Part shown: piece by piece, positions 18,844-30,281 of the stretch
Numbering within the stretch: the first letter of the stretch is position 1
Layout: every line of letters begins with the position of its first letter
From: Pirellulales bacterium
GTDB taxonomy: Bacteria; Planctomycetota; Planctomycetia; Pirellulales; JAICIG01
Reading direction: 5' to 3'
Assembly: GCA_040901675.1 (NCBI GenBank)
Contig: JBBDYJ010000038.1
Coordinates: 96,001 to 160,000 of the forward strand
Length of the DNA: 64,000 nucleotides
Made by a program: the position numbers and the translations under genes
Notes under the pieces: generated by a model
The model's input: the letters and a program-made list of their open reading frames with translations, nothing else
Databases searched by the model: none
Told to the model about the DNA's origin: nothing

Positions 18844-20391
18844 GTGACCGCGGCTTCCGTATTGATCATCGACGACGATAAGGCCACGCTGCTGGCCCTG
18901 CCGGAAAGCGTCCGCAACCGCCTTCCCGGCGTCAGCATCGACACCTGCGCATCGCCGCACATGGCGCTGACCCAGATCGCTTCCATCGATTACGACGCCA
19001 TCGTCAGCGACATTCTGATGCCCGAAATGGATGGCTTGACCCTGCTGGCCCGCATCAAGGCGCTGCGGCCCCAGACTCCCACGCTGGTCATTACCTCGCA
19101 CGATCGGCACGATTATGCCGTTGAGGCGCTGCGGAAAGGCGCCTACGACTTCATTCAGAAGCCGATCGACCAGGAGTATTTCGCCGCTTCGCTCGACCGC
19201 GCCATCCGGATGCGGCAACTAAGCCGGCAGCTCGAGGAACAGCGCCTCGCCCTGGCACAGCATGCCCAGGAGCTGGAACGCTCGCAGGAGGCGCTGCGCA
19301 ATCAAACGCGGATCCTGCAGTCGGTGCTCGACACCGCCCACGACGCCTTCATCTCCATTGACGGAAACAGCGTGATCCTCGACTGGAATCCCCAGGCCAA
19401 GTTGACCTTCGGCTGGTCGCGCGAGGAAGTGCTCGGCAGATCGTTGCCCGACACGATTATCCCCCACCGCTACCGCGAGGCCCACTGGCAGGGACTGCGG
19501 CGCTTTCTCGAAACCGAGCAGGGCCCGGTGCTCAACCGGCGGATCGAGCTGGCCGCGCTCCACCGGTCGGGCCGCGAGTTTCCAGTCGAGTTGACCATCG
19601 CCCCGGTGCGATTCGGATCGGAGTACCGCTTCAACGCCTTTGTACATGACATCACCGAGCGCAAGCGGAACGAACAAGCCTTGGCCCAGCGAGCCGAGGA
19701 GCTGGCCAGATCGAACCGGGATCTCGAGCAGTTCGCCTATGTCGCTTCGCACGACCTCCAAGAACCGCTGCGGATGGTGGCCGGCTATGTCAAGCTTCTG
19801 GCCCAGCGCTACCGGGGCAAGCTCGACGCGGACGCCGGCGAGTGCATCGACTATGCCGTCGACGGCGCCACCCGCATGCAACGCCTGATCAACGATTTAT
19901 TGGCGTACGCGCGCCTGGGCAACGGCGGCAAACCGCTCCAGCCCACCGATGGCGACGCGGTTCTGGCCGAGGCCCTTTCCAATCTGCAGGCGGCCATCCA
20001 GGAAACCGGCGCCGAGGTGACGCATTCGGCCCTGCCGGTCGTCGAGGCCGACGCGGGGCAATTGGTGCTCGTGTTCCAGAACTTGCTGTCAAATGCCCTC
20101 AAGTTTCGGGGGCCCGAGCCGCCACGGGTCCACGTGGAAGCGGTTCGCGAAGGACCGATGTGGCGGTTTTCCGTGCAAGATAATGGCATCGGCATCGAGC
20201 CGCGCTACTTCGAGCAGATCTTTCTTATTTTCAGCCGCTTACATGGTCGTGGGGAGTATCCGGGGACCGGCATTGGGCTGGCAATCTGCAAGAAGATTGT
20301 CCAGCGGCATGGCGGTTGCATTTGGCTCGACTCGCAACCGGGCCGGGGGGCGACCTTTTACTTTACGATCCCCGCCGCGGTCGGCGCATGA
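18844..20391 (+). CDS. Hybrid sensor: receiver + PAS + histidine kinase
   Basis: Receiver (IIDDD, SDILMP, KP), PAS, H-box FAYVASHDLQEPLR, NLLSNALKF, DNGIGI and GTGIGL. Start uncertain (ORF from 18667). Confidence 0.92.
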   Translation: MTAASVLIIDDDKATLLALPESVRNRLPGVSIDTCASPHMALTQIASIDYDAIVSDILMPEMDGLTLLARIKALRPQTPTLVITSHDRHDYAVEALRKGAYDFIQKPIDQEYFAASLDRAIRMRQLSRQLEEQRLALAQHAQELERSQEALRNQTRILQSVLDTAHDAFISIDGNSVILDWNPQAKLTFGWSREEVLGRSLPDTIIPHRYREAHWQGLRRFLETEQGPVLNRRIELAALHRSGREFPVELTIAPVRFGSEYRFNAFVHDITERKRNEQALAQRAEELARSNRDLEQFAYVASHDLQEPLRMVAGYVKLLAQRYRGKLDADAGECIDYAVDGATRMQRLINDLLAYARLGNGGKPLQPTDGDAVLAEALSNLQAAIQETGAEVTHSALPVVEADAGQLVLVFQNLLSNALKFRGPEPPRVHVEAVREGPMWRFSVQDNGIGIEPRYFEQIFLIFSRLHGRGEYPGTGIGLAICKKIVQRHGGCIWLDSQPGRGATFYFTIPAAVGA

Positions 20392-20472
20392 TTCGGGCCG
20401 ACCGTGGTCTCCCCAGGACGACGTGACCGCCATCGTCATCACGGTGGCCTGAACGGGGGGCATTGGAATAGC

Positions 20473-21894
20473 TCACGCCAGAATCCGACGCACGACGGTG
20501 CCGTGGACGTCGGTCAGGCGGAAGTCGCGGCCGCTGTAGCGGTAGGTGAGCTGCTCGTGGTCGAGGCCCATCAAGTGCAGGATGGTGGCGTGCAGGTCGT
20601 GGACGTGGACGCGGTCCTCCACCGCCACGAAGCCCAGCTCGTCGGTGGCGCCGTACACCATCCCGCCACGCACGCCCCCGCCGGCCAGCCACATGCTGAA
20701 ACCCAGCGCGTGGTGGTCCCGCCCCTTGTCCCCCTCCGACTGCGGCGTGCGGCCGAACTCGCCGCCCCACAGGACCAGCGTCTCGTCCAACAGTCCGCGC
20801 CGCTTGAGGTCCTGCAACAAGGCCGCTATCGGCCGGTCGCTCTGCTGGGCATGCTTCTGGTGATTGGCGATGTCCTGGTGATCATCCCAAGGCTGGCCGT
20901 CGCCGTAGTAGAGCTGCACCACCCGCACGCCACGCTCGACCAGGCGCCGGGCCAACAGGCAGCCCTGGGCGAACTCGCCGTCGCCGTAGCGGGCGCGGGT
21001 GGCCGCCGTCTCGCGGCCCAGGTCGAATGCTTCCTGGGCCTCGCCCTGCATGCGGAAAGCGACCTCCAGCGACGCGATCCGGCTTTCAAGCTGTTCGTCG
21101 GGCCCGCGCTCGGCCAGGTGACGCTTGTTCATCCGCTCGAGCAGGCCGAGCTGCTCGCGCTGCTGGGCGGGTGAGAGATAGCGGTTCTCGACGTCGCGGA
21201 TGATCGTGCGGGGATCGATTCGCGCGTTGTCGATCTGCGTGCCTTGATAAATGCCCGGCAGGAAACTGTTGCTCCAAAGCTGCGGCCCCACCACCGGCTT
21301 TCCGGGACAGAGCACCACGTAGCCGGGCAGGTTCTGGTTCTCGCTGCCCAAGGCATACGTGAGCCACGACCCCATGCTGGGCCGGATAGGCTGCATGTTG
21401 CCGGAGTTCATCATCAACAGGCCCGGCTCGTGGTTGGGGTTGTCGGTGTGCATCGAGCGGATCACGCAGATGTCGTCGATGCAGCCGGCCACCTCGGGGA
21501 ACAGCTCGGTGACTTCGATGCCCGCTGCACCGTGCGGCCGTGCCTTGAACGGCGAGGCGAGCAACTTGCCCTTGCGGCGCCGCAGCAGCTTGGAGTTGAT
21601 CGAGTCGGGCACGTCCTCGCCGGCCCGCTTCTCCAGGACCGGCTTGGGATCGAAGGTGTCGACGTGCGACGGCCCGCCGTTCATGAACAGGAAGATCAGC
21701 CGCCGGGCCCGCGGTTCGAAATGCGGCGGCTTGGGAGCCAGCGGATTGGAATCGGCCGAGCCGGCCCGGCCGGTTTCCGCCAGCGCGCCGTCGCGGGCCA
21801 GCACCGAGGCCAGCCCCAGCGCTCCGAATCCGCCACCAATCCGGCACAGCCAGTCGCGGCGGGACAACGAATGATAGAAGTTGCGGCCGTTCAT
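20473..21894 (-). CDS. DUF1501 domain protein (Tat-like signal)
   Basis: SRRDWL, LFMNGGPSHVDTFDPKP, WDDH, GEFGRTP and GRDH. Confidence 0.92.
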   Translation of the reverse strand: MNGRNFYHSLSRRDWLCRIGGGFGALGLASVLARDGALAETGRAGSADSNPLAPKPPHFEPRARRLIFLFMNGGPSHVDTFDPKPVLEKRAGEDVPDSINSKLLRRRKGKLLASPFKARPHGAAGIEVTELFPEVAGCIDDICVIRSMHTDNPNHEPGLLMMNSGNMQPIRPSMGSWLTYALGSENQNLPGYVVLCPGKPVVGPQLWSNSFLPGIYQGTQIDNARIDPRTIIRDVENRYLSPAQQREQLGLLERMNKRHLAERGPDEQLESRIASLEVAFRMQGEAQEAFDLGRETAATRARYGDGEFAQGCLLARRLVERGVRVVQLYYGDGQPWDDHQDIANHQKHAQQSDRPIAALLQDLKRRGLLDETLVLWGGEFGRTPQSEGDKGRDHHALGFSMWLAGGGVRGGMVYGATDELGFVAVEDRVHVHDLHATILHLMGLDHEQLTYRYSGRDFRLTDVHGTVVRRILA

Positions 21895-21910
21895 GAGTCG
21901 TCCTCTACCG

Positions 21911-24193
21911 TCAGTCGATAAACATGAATTCGTTGGCGCCCAGCAAAGTCTGCGCATACCGGGCCCAGCGCGACATGCGGCCGTTGGCCGGGCCGCCATT
22001 GGCCGGGCCCCCGTTGGCCCCAGCGCGGTCCGCCGGTTCGTCCCGGCCGAGGAACTCCAGGCCCCATCGCATTTCTTCGCCCGTGGCCGGGCGGCCGAAG
22101 GCCAGCAGATAGGCCTGCCGGATGCGGGCAGCCTCGTCATCATGGCCGGCCCTCAGGCGGGCCGCCAGGGCCTGTGCACTCTTGACCATGAACTCGCTGT
22201 TCAGCACGAACAACTGCTGCAAAGGCACGGTGGTCACGGACCGCTCGTCGCTGGTGATGTTCGGATCGGGGAAGTCGAACAACCGCAAGAGCGGGTCCAG
22301 GTCATGCCGGCTGACGGCGCCATAGAGCGTGCGCCGGCAGTTCTCCGGGGAGGCCAGGTCGCCGGATGGTCCGCCGATCTTGCGGTCGAGGGCGCCGGCC
22401 GCCAGCATGGCGTCGCGCCAACTCTCGACGTCGAGCCGCCGCCGGTTCATCCGCCACAACAGGCGGTTGTCCGGGTCGATTTCCCAACTGCGCTGATCGA
22501 ACCGGCTCGCTTGCCGGAACGTGGCCGAGAGCAGGATCTCGCGGTGCAGATTCTTCAGCGACCAGCCCGACTCCATGAACCGGGTGGCGAGATAGTCGAG
22601 CAGCTCCGGGTGCGTGGGCGGCTCGCCCAGCGCCCCAAAGTTGCCGCTGGAGCGCACCAGCCCCTTGCCGAAATGGTGCTTCCAGACTCGGTTCACCAGC
22701 ACGCGGGCCGTGAGCGGGTTGCCTTTGTCGGCAATGGCACGCGCCAGCTCGAGCCGCCCGCTCCCCTGGCTGAAGTGTGGGCCCTCGCCGGCCAGGATCG
22801 AAGGGAAACGGCGCGGCGCTTCGTCGCCCAGCGTGTCGGGATTGCCGCGGAGGTGGACCCGCATGGCCACCGGCTCGGCCGCGTCGCGCAGGGCATGGAT
22901 ATGGGGATACTTCTTGGGGCGGTTCCTCCGCTTCTTCTCCTCTTCGCCGAGCGTGCTGTCGGCCGCCTTCACGTCCTCGTCGGAAACGAGCGGCACATCG
23001 ACCTGCTCGCTGCTGGCGAACACGCCGGCCAGGGCGTAGTAATCCTCCGACGAAATCGGATCGTACTTGTGATCGTGGCAACGGGCGCAGGCCACGGTCA
23101 GCCCCAAAAACCCGCGGCTGAGCGTGTCGATGCGATCGTCGATCTGGTCGAGCTTCTTCGGGTCGCCATAGTAGACGGGCCCCAAGGCAAAATAGCCGAG
23201 CGCCGGCAGATTCTTCAAGCGGTCCGGCGCGTCCAACAGGTCGGCGGCGATCTGCTCCATGATAAAGCGGTCGTAGGGCAGGTCGTCGTTGAAGGCCCGA
23301 ATCAGCCAGTCGCGGTAGCGATAGCCCTGCGGGTACTTGCGGGCCTCGAACGTATGCGCCTGGTCTTCGCCGTAGCGGGCCACGTCGAGCCAATGGCGGG
23401 CCCAGCGTTCGCCGTAATGGGGCGAGCCGAGCAGGCGGTCCACGACGCGGTCCAAAGCCTCCGGCGAGTCATCGGCCAAAAACGAGTCGATCTCCTCCGG
23501 GGACGGCGGCAAACCCGTGAGATTGAAAGTCACCCTCCGCAGCAGCGCCCGCTTGTCGGCCGGCGGCGAAGGCGCGAGCCCCGCCTCTTCCAGTTTGGCC
23601 AGTACGAAGAAGTCGAGCTCGCTCCACGGCCAGGACGAATCGTGGACCGCCGGGGGCGGCGGATCGCCGATCGGCCGGAACGACCAGAACTGCCGGTCCT
23701 CCGGGGTGATCTGAAACCCCTGCGGATCGGCGGCCGATCGCGGCTCGACAGCCGCTTCGGGCCAAGCTGCACCGCGTCGGACCCACTCGGTCAGGGCCGC
23801 GATCTGGACGGCTTCCAGCTTGCCCTTGGGCGGCATCTGCGGCCCATCTCCATAATGGATGGCCGTGACCAGCAGGCTCCCATCGGGTTGGCTCGGCACG
23901 ACGGCGGGCCCGGAGTCTCCGCCGGCCAGCACGGCGGCCCGCGAGTCGAGCCGCAGGCCTGCCTGCTGTTTGTCCGCGCCGTGGCACTCGTGGCAATGGG
24001 CGACCAGAATAGGACGAACGTTCGCTTCGAAAAACCTGGCATCCGCTTCGGCGGGCAGCTCAGTGTCGTCGGCGCCCGCGCCCGGCGTAAAGCAAAGGGC
24101 CAGCGCAACGATCACGGCGGCGGCCCTCGCAGCCGGCCGCCTGAGGAGCGCCGTGAGCGGTTCGACTCGCGCGGTGGGGGCTGCACGCAGCAT
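21911..24193 (-). CDS. PSD1/planctomycete cytochrome c protein (DUF1549 + DUF1553)
   Basis: CHECH, YGERWARHWLDVARY, CARCHDHKYDP and NPLTARVLVNRVW. Confidence 0.92.
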   Translation of the reverse strand: MLRAAPTARVEPLTALLRRPAARAAAVIVALALCFTPGAGADDTELPAEADARFFEANVRPILVAHCHECHGADKQQAGLRLDSRAAVLAGGDSGPAVVPSQPDGSLLVTAIHYGDGPQMPPKGKLEAVQIAALTEWVRRGAAWPEAAVEPRSAADPQGFQITPEDRQFWSFRPIGDPPPPAVHDSSWPWSELDFFVLAKLEEAGLAPSPPADKRALLRRVTFNLTGLPPSPEEIDSFLADDSPEALDRVVDRLLGSPHYGERWARHWLDVARYGEDQAHTFEARKYPQGYRYRDWLIRAFNDDLPYDRFIMEQIAADLLDAPDRLKNLPALGYFALGPVYYGDPKKLDQIDDRIDTLSRGFLGLTVACARCHDHKYDPISSEDYYALAGVFASSEQVDVPLVSDEDVKAADSTLGEEEKKRRNRPKKYPHIHALRDAAEPVAMRVHLRGNPDTLGDEAPRRFPSILAGEGPHFSQGSGRLELARAIADKGNPLTARVLVNRVWKHHFGKGLVRSSGNFGALGEPPTHPELLDYLATRFMESGWSLKNLHREILLSATFRQASRFDQRSWEIDPDNRLLWRMNRRRLDVESWRDAMLAAGALDRKIGGPSGDLASPENCRRTLYGAVSRHDLDPLLRLFDFPDPNITSDERSVTTVPLQQLFVLNSEFMVKSAQALAARLRAGHDDEAARIRQAYLLAFGRPATGEEMRWGLEFLGRDEPADRAGANGGPANGGPANGRMSRWARYAQTLLGANEFMFID

Positions 24194-24440
24194 CGCGGCT
24201 CCAGGGTGGGTTTTGCACTCAGCAGGCCGGCGGGCGGCCGGGCGGCCAGTGACCAGGATACCACTGCCTGGGGCCGTTTGTCACGCCCGAAGGCGTGCAA
24301 CTTCGAGTAGACCCGATCGATGTCCCGTAGCCGGCGCGCGTCAGAATTCGGACCGCAGCGAATTTCCCAGAACTCTGGCGAGTCCTGCTAACCCACGACG
24401 CGACGCGCTCTCCCACTTGCGGAAGAAATTGGGTTCCCTC

Positions 24441-25829
24441 TCAGCCGTGCAGGGCACGCTTGTCGACGGCCAGGGCGGCCTCTTTCATCGCCTCCGCCAG
24501 CGTGGGATGGGCGTGGCTGGTGCGGGCGATGTCCTCGCTGGTGGCACCGAACTCGATGGCCGCGGCTGCCTCGGCAATCAGATCGCCGGCACGCGGGCCG
24601 ATGATGTGGACGCCAAGAATGCGGTCGGTCTTGGCGTCGGCCAGAATCTTCACCTGCCCCTCGGCGTACGCGAGCACGCGGGCGCGTGCGTTGCCGCGGA
24701 ACGAAAAGATGCCCTTGCGGTAAGCGATTCCCTGCTCGTCCAACTGCTCCGCGGTGCGCCCCACGCTGGCAATCTCCGGCTGCGTGTAAACCACGTTGGG
24801 GATCGCATCGTAGTTCACGTGCCCATAGCCGGTCACAATCCGTTCCACGCAGGCAATGCCTTCGTCCTCGGCCTTGTGCGCCAACATGGGGCCGCGGATC
24901 ACGTCGCCGATCGCATAAACCCCCTCGATGTTGGTCTGGAAATGGTCGCTGACCACGATCCGGCCGGACTTGTCGATCTCGACGCCCGCCGCATCCAGCG
25001 CCAGGCCGTCGGTGTTGGGCACTCGGCCCACCGCCACGAGCACCCGGTCGCAACGAAGCGGCTCCTGCCCCTCCGCCTCGACGACGGCGCCCTGCTTGCG
25101 GGCGCGGGCGGCGGTGACCCGCGTCGATAGCCGCAACTCGATCCCCTGCTTGGCAAAAATCTTGGCGGCCTGGCCGGCTGTTTCGCCGTCCATTTCCGGC
25201 AGGATGCGGTCCAGGTATTCCAACACGGTCACCTTGGCTCCCAACCGCCGCCAAACGGAGCCCAGCTCCAGCCCGATCGCCCCGGCGCCGATGACGACCA
25301 GGTGCCCCGGAACTTTGTCGTAGGCCAAGGCCTCAGTGCTGGTGCCGATGTACTCGTCGTCGAACTCGACCCCCTGGAGACCGCGCGGCTTGCTGCCGGT
25401 GGCGATGATGATGTGTTTGGCTTCGAGCTGAACGGGTTTCTTCCCCTCGACGGCGAGCCGGCCGGCCGACTCGAAGCGGGCCTGCCCCTGGTAACGCGTA
25501 ATCTTCCGCTGCTTCAGGAGTGCCTCGACACCCTTGGCCAGGCCGCCGACGATCTTGTCCTTGCGGGACTGCATGGCGGCCAGGTCCAGCTCGACGCCGC
25601 GGCAGCGGACGCCGTGCGCGGCAAGGCTCTCCTGGGCCTCGTGGTACAGCTCGCTCGACTCCAACAGGGCCTTGCTGGGGATGCAGCCGATCCGCAGGCA
25701 GGTGCCCCCCAGGGCGGCCTCTTTCTCGATGCAGCCGACGTTGAGCCCGAGCTGGGCAGCGCGGATGGCGGCCACGTAGCCGCCCGGGCCGGCGCCGATG
25801 ACGATCAGGTCGTGCTGTTGGCGTGTCAC
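24441..25829 (-). CDS. lpdA: Dihydrolipoyl dehydrogenase
   Basis: GAGPGGY, GGTCLRIGCIPSK and HAHPTLAE. Confidence 0.97.
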   Translation of the reverse strand: MTRQQHDLIVIGAGPGGYVAAIRAAQLGLNVGCIEKEAALGGTCLRIGCIPSKALLESSELYHEAQESLAAHGVRCRGVELDLAAMQSRKDKIVGGLAKGVEALLKQRKITRYQGQARFESAGRLAVEGKKPVQLEAKHIIIATGSKPRGLQGVEFDDEYIGTSTEALAYDKVPGHLVVIGAGAIGLELGSVWRRLGAKVTVLEYLDRILPEMDGETAGQAAKIFAKQGIELRLSTRVTAARARKQGAVVEAEGQEPLRCDRVLVAVGRVPNTDGLALDAAGVEIDKSGRIVVSDHFQTNIEGVYAIGDVIRGPMLAHKAEDEGIACVERIVTGYGHVNYDAIPNVVYTQPEIASVGRTAEQLDEQGIAYRKGIFSFRGNARARVLAYAEGQVKILADAKTDRILGVHIIGPRAGDLIAEAAAAIEFGATSEDIARTSHAHPTLAEAMKEAALAVDKRALHG

Positions 25830-25861
25830 GCGGTGCGGGCTCTGGTCAACGTGGCGGTGGG

Positions 25862-27268
25862 TCAGACTTCGAGCAGCATGCGGGAGGGCTCTTCGATGCA
25901 GTCCTTGACGTGCCGCAGGAAGAGCACGGCCTCGCGGCCGTCGACGATGCGGTGGTCGTAGGTCAAGGCGACGTACATCATGGGCCGGATGACCACCTGG
26001 CCGTCGCGGGCGACCGGCCGGTCCTGGATGGCGTGCAGCCCCAGGATGCCGCTTTGCGGAGGATTGACGATGGGCGTCGAGAGCAGCGAACCGTAGACGC
26101 CGCCGTTGGAGATCGTGAACGTGCCGCCTTCGAGCTCGTTCAGCTTGAGCTTGTTCTGGCGGGCGCGGCCGGCCAGATCGGCGATGGCCTGCTCGATCTC
26201 GGCGAAGCTCATCTCGTCGGCGGCGCGCAGCACCGGCACGACCAGCCCCTTGCCGCCCGCCACGGCGATGCCGATATCGAAATAGTTGTGGTACACGATG
26301 TCGGTGTCGCGGATCTCGGCGTTGACCTGCGGGGTTTCCTTGAGCGCCTCGATGACCGCCTTGACGAAAAACGACATGAAGCCCAGCTTGACGCCGTACC
26401 TCTCCTGGAACGACTCCTTGTGCTGCTGCCGCAGCGACATCACGGCCGACATGTCGATCTCGTTGAACGTGGTCAAGAGTGCCGCGACGCGCTGGGCCTC
26501 GACCAGCCGCTCGGCCACGCGCTTGCGCAGCGGGCTCATCGGCACCACTTCGTCTTCGCGCTCGGCAGCCGCCTCCCGCGGGCGCACGGCCGGTTCGGTT
26601 GCGTGGGCTTGGCGGCCGTCGCCGCTTCGCTCGACGTGGCGCTCGACGTCCTCCTTGAGCAGCCGGCCGCCCGGTCCGCTGGCTTCGACCTGCTCTGCTC
26701 GCAGGCCGTGCTCGGCCAGCGCCCGGCGTGCCGCCGGCATGACGTGCGCCGGGCGCGGGGCCTTTTGGTCTTCCTTTGGTTCGGCCGGCGGGGGCGGTGC
26801 CTCGGCACGAGCTGGTTCGCCGCGCGGCTCGCCTGGCGGTGTCTCGCGGCGGGGCTCCTGCCGCGCGGAGTCTTTTCGCGCGGGCCGCAGCTCTTGCTGG
26901 GCGCGCTCGAGCTCGGCGGGAGGCTGTTCGGGGGCGGGCGCGACGGCGGACGAATCCCTAGCTTGCGCCCCTCGACGGGCTCGGGGCGGGTCGAGCCCGC
27001 CGAGACCCGCGTCGGGTTGGTGTGGGTCCTTGGAGGCTTCCAGGTAGCCGATCACTTCGCCGACGTTGGCGGTTTGACCTTGGCCTTTGAGCACGCGGGC
27101 CACGGTGCCTGCCTGCGGCGCGAGCAGCTCGACGGTGGCCTTGTCCGATTCGATCTCGACGAGCGGCTGGTCCTTGTCAGCCCACTCTCCCTCGCCCTTC
27201 AGCCATTGGCCTATCTGGACTTCGGTAATCGATTCGCCCACGGTGGGCACTTTGAGCTCGATCGGCAT
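25862..27268 (-). CDS. sucB: 2-oxoglutarate dehydrogenase E2 (dihydrolipoyl succinyltransferase)
   Basis: Lipoyl ESDKA, E3-binding domain (PAARR...[11 protein letters not shown]) and YDHRIVDG; start taken at MPIEL. Confidence 0.95.
   Translation of the reverse strand: MPIELKVPTVGESITEVQIGQWLKGEGEWADKDQPLVEIESDKATVELLAPQAGTVARVLKGQGQTANVGEVIGYLEASKDPHQPDAGLGGLDPPRARRGAQARDSSAVAPAPEQPPAELERAQQELRPARKDSARQEPRRETPPGEPRGEPARAEAPPPPAEPKEDQKAPRPAHVMPAARRALAEHGLRAEQVEASGPGGRLLKEDVERHVERSGDGRQAHATEPAVRPREAAAEREDEVVPMSPLRKRVAERLVEAQRVAALLTTFNEIDMSAVMSLRQQHKESFQERYGVKLGFMSFFVKAVIEALKETPQVNAEIRDTDIVYHNYFDIGIAVAGGKGLVVPVLRAADEMSFAEIEQAIADLAGRARQNKLKLNELEGGTFTISNGGVYGSLLSTPIVNPPQSGILGLHAIQDRPVARDGQVVIRPMMYVALTYDHRIVDGREAVLFLRHVKDCIEEPSRMLLEV
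26961..27010. repeat. REP-like palindrome in frame in the sucB linker
   Basis: GCCCCTCGACGGGCTCGGGGC plus GGTCGAGCCCGCCGAGACC resemble the element at ~6584. Confidence 0.55.
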
Positions 27269-27297
27269 GGCCGCGCTTCTCGTTGCTGTCGGTTGAA

Positions 27298-30093
27298 TCA
27301 ACCCTCGCCAAACGCCCTGTCCACCAGTTCCTTTTGCTCAAGCTTGTGGCTGCTGGCCGACCCGGTGGCCGGACTGGCCGAAGCAGGGCGATAGATGCCG
27401 GAAAACGGCAGCCGGGAGAACAGCCCGCCGCAATAGCGGGCCTTCAAGTACCGCCAGGCGCCCATGTTTTCCGGCTCTTCCTGCACCCACAGCACGCGGG
27501 TTCCGTCGGGATAACCGACCAGGGCCGACTCCAGCTCCCGTTCCGAAAGTGGGTAGAGTTGCTCGACTCTCACCAGCGCCACGTCGTGCCGCTTGAGCTT
27601 CTCGCGACGCTCGGCCAGATCATAGTAGATCTTGCCGCTGGACAGCAGCACGCGCTGGATCCGGTCGGTCGCTTCCTGCGAGTCGGGGATGATTCGTTGG
27701 AAACCGCCCCCGGCGCACTCGTCGAGAGTCGAGACCGAGCGGGGACTTCGCAGCAGGCTCTTGGGAGTCATGATCACCAGCGGCTTGCGCCAGCAGCACA
27801 GCGACTGCCTCCGCAGGCAATGAAAGTACTGCGCCGGCGTCGTCGGGTTAACGACCTGGATATTGTCGTCGGCGGCGAGGGTCAGGAACCGCTCGAGCCG
27901 CGCGCTGGAGTGTTCCGGCCCCATCCCCTCGAATCCGTGCGGCAGCAGCAGGACCAGGCCGCTCAGCCGCCGCCACTTGATCTCGGCGCTGGCGATGAAC
28001 TGGTCGATGATCACCTGGCCGGCGTTGACGAAATCGCCGAACTGCGCCTCCCACAGCACCAGCCCGTCCGGGCAGTCTAGGCTGTAGCCGTACTCGAAGC
28101 CCAGCACGCCCGCCTCGGACAAAGGGCTGTTGTAGATCTCCACCAGGGCCTGGTTCTCGGCCAGGTGCTGCAAGGGAAAGTACGTGTGTCCGTCCTCGAC
28201 ATCGTGCAGCACGGCGTGCCGCTGGCTGAAGGTGCCCCGTTCGCTGTCCTGGCCGCTCAGCCGAACTCGCACGCAATCGACGGCCAGGCTGGCAAAGGCC
28301 AGCGCCTCGGCGGCCGACCAGTCGAGCGGGCGCTCGCCCCGGGCCATCTGGCGGCGCGTTTCCAGTCCCCGCACGATCTTGGGATGCGGATGAAAATCGT
28401 CCGGCAGCCGGCAAAGCGACTCCAAGAGCTGCGACAGTCGCTCGCGGTCAAAGCCCGTCGAGCGGCCCTCGGGCTCCGGACCACCCTCGTATCCCTTCCA
28501 GACGCCGGCCGGAGCTTCGCTGCGAACAACAAAATCCTTGCTCCGCGCGGCCGACAGCTCCCGCTCCAACTGTTCGCGCCGCACGGCCATGATCCGCTGG
28601 GCCTCGTCGCGCGTCACGCCGCCCAGCTTGAGCAAATGCTCCAGGTAGCCTTCGTGGACGCTCTGCCGCTGGCCAATCGCCCGGTACAGCATCGGCTGCG
28701 TGAAGGCCGGCTCGTCGCCTTCGCTGTGGCCGCGGCGGCGATAGCAGTACATGTCGATCACCACGTCGCGCTGAAAAGCGCGGCGGAAATCCATTGCCAG
28801 CCGCACGACCTGGGCCACCGCCTCGGGGTCCTCGCCGTTGACGTGAAAGATGGGGATCTGCAGCATCTTGGCCACGTCGGTGGCGTACACGCTGGAATGC
28901 GCCTCGGAGGGAGTCGTGGTGAAGCCGATCTGGTTGTTCACCACGACGTGGATCGTGCCCCCGATGGCGTACCCCTCGAGCTGGCTCAACAGCAGCGTCT
29001 CCTGCACGACCCCCTCGCCGGCAAAGGCCGCGTCGCCGTGGATCAACAGCGCCATGCCTCGCGCCCGCTGGTAGTCGCCGGCGCGGTCTTGCTTGGCCCG
29101 CACCCGCCCCAGGGCCACGGGGTTGACGTATTCCAGGTGGCTGGGGTTGAAGCAGAGCGAAAGGTGGACGCTGCGCCCCTGCTGCGTGGTCCAGTCGCTG
29201 CTGTAGCCCAGGTGATACTTGACGTCGCCGCGGCCCAGGTGCAGCTCGGGGTCCACGTCCTCGAACTCGCGGAAGATGGCCTGCGGTATCTTGCCCAGGA
29301 TGTTGGCCAGAACGTTGAGCCGGCCGCGGTGGGCCATCGCCAGGACGATCTCCTCGATTCCCTGGTCGCCGGCCTTCTCGATCGCCAGGTCCAACAACGG
29401 GATCAGGCTCTCGGCCCCTTCCAGCGAAAAGCTCTTGGCGCCGATGTATTTCTTCTGGATGAACTCCTCGAAGATAAAGGCGTCCGTCAGCCGCGTCAGG
29501 ATGCGGAGCTGCTCCTGCCGGCCGAGCTCGAGGCGGTTCTGCGTCGCTTCCATCCGGTCCTGCAGCCAACCCCGCACGCTCAAGTCGTCGATGTGCATGA
29601 ATTGCACGCCGATCGATCGGCAGTACGTGTTGCGCAGGTGCTCGATGATCTGCCGCAGCGGCAGCGTGTCCGGCCCCGGGATGGTGGCAATCGAGAAGTG
29701 CCGATCCATGTCGGCCTCGGTCAGCCGGTAGAACTCCGGGTCGAGTTCCGGCTGGTAAGGCCTGGGCAAGCCCAACGGGTCGATCCGGGCGATCATGTGT
29801 CCTCGCACCCGGTAGGCCCGGATCAACTGGTCCACCCGATCCTGCAGGGCCGCCACCTCGGCCACCGGCATGGCACCATCGGCCGCTACGCGGGGACGGG
29901 GGTTGAAGATGCTGGCTCGGCGGAACGACGGGCGCAAGCGCCCATCGGAGGGGCGATGTCCGTTGGTCGGCAAGCGCTCGAAGTAAGCCCGCCACTCCGG
30001 GTCGATCGACGCCGGATCGCGCAGGAAATCCTCGTACAGGCCTTCGACAAACGGCAGGCTGAGGCTGCTCGGCGAGGGATCTGTGGCACTCAT
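27298..30093 (-). CDS. sucA: 2-oxoglutarate dehydrogenase E1
   Basis: [42 protein letters not shown] and GPEHSSAR. Confidence 0.97.
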   Translation of the reverse strand: MSATDPSPSSLSLPFVEGLYEDFLRDPASIDPEWRAYFERLPTNGHRPSDGRLRPSFRRASIFNPRPRVAADGAMPVAEVAALQDRVDQLIRAYRVRGHMIARIDPLGLPRPYQPELDPEFYRLTEADMDRHFSIATIPGPDTLPLRQIIEHLRNTYCRSIGVQFMHIDDLSVRGWLQDRMEATQNRLELGRQEQLRILTRLTDAFIFEEFIQKKYIGAKSFSLEGAESLIPLLDLAIEKAGDQGIEEIVLAMAHRGRLNVLANILGKIPQAIFREFEDVDPELHLGRGDVKYHLGYSSDWTTQQGRSVHLSLCFNPSHLEYVNPVALGRVRAKQDRAGDYQRARGMALLIHGDAAFAGEGVVQETLLLSQLEGYAIGGTIHVVVNNQIGFTTTPSEAHSSVYATDVAKMLQIPIFHVNGEDPEAVAQVVRLAMDFRRAFQRDVVIDMYCYRRRGHSEGDEPAFTQPMLYRAIGQRQSVHEGYLEHLLKLGGVTRDEAQRIMAVRREQLERELSAARSKDFVVRSEAPAGVWKGYEGGPEPEGRSTGFDRERLSQLLESLCRLPDDFHPHPKIVRGLETRRQMARGERPLDWSAAEALAFASLAVDCVRVRLSGQDSERGTFSQRHAVLHDVEDGHTYFPLQHLAENQALVEIYNSPLSEAGVLGFEYGYSLDCPDGLVLWEAQFGDFVNAGQVIIDQFIASAEIKWRRLSGLVLLLPHGFEGMGPEHSSARLERFLTLAADDNIQVVNPTTPAQYFHCLRRQSLCCWRKPLVIMTPKSLLRSPRSVSTLDECAGGGFQRIIPDSQEATDRIQRVLLSSGKIYYDLAERREKLKRHDVALVRVEQLYPLSERELESALVGYPDGTRVLWVQEEPENMGAWRYLKARYCGGLFSRLPFSGIYRPASASPATGSASSHKLEQKELVDRAFGEG

Positions 30094-30281
30094 CGGCTTC
30101 TCCTACACCAGGATACGGCGCGATCCGTTTTCCGGACAGAGGAGGTAATTTGGGAAATCTGGCGCGGCTGCGGGCCGCCGGCACCGGCCTACCGCCTTTC
30201 CTGACCGGAACAGACTGTGCCAGCGGAGTTTTCGGGAAGGTTCATCTGGGCCGGGCCGTGGCAGCCGGCCGATAAGAAACG

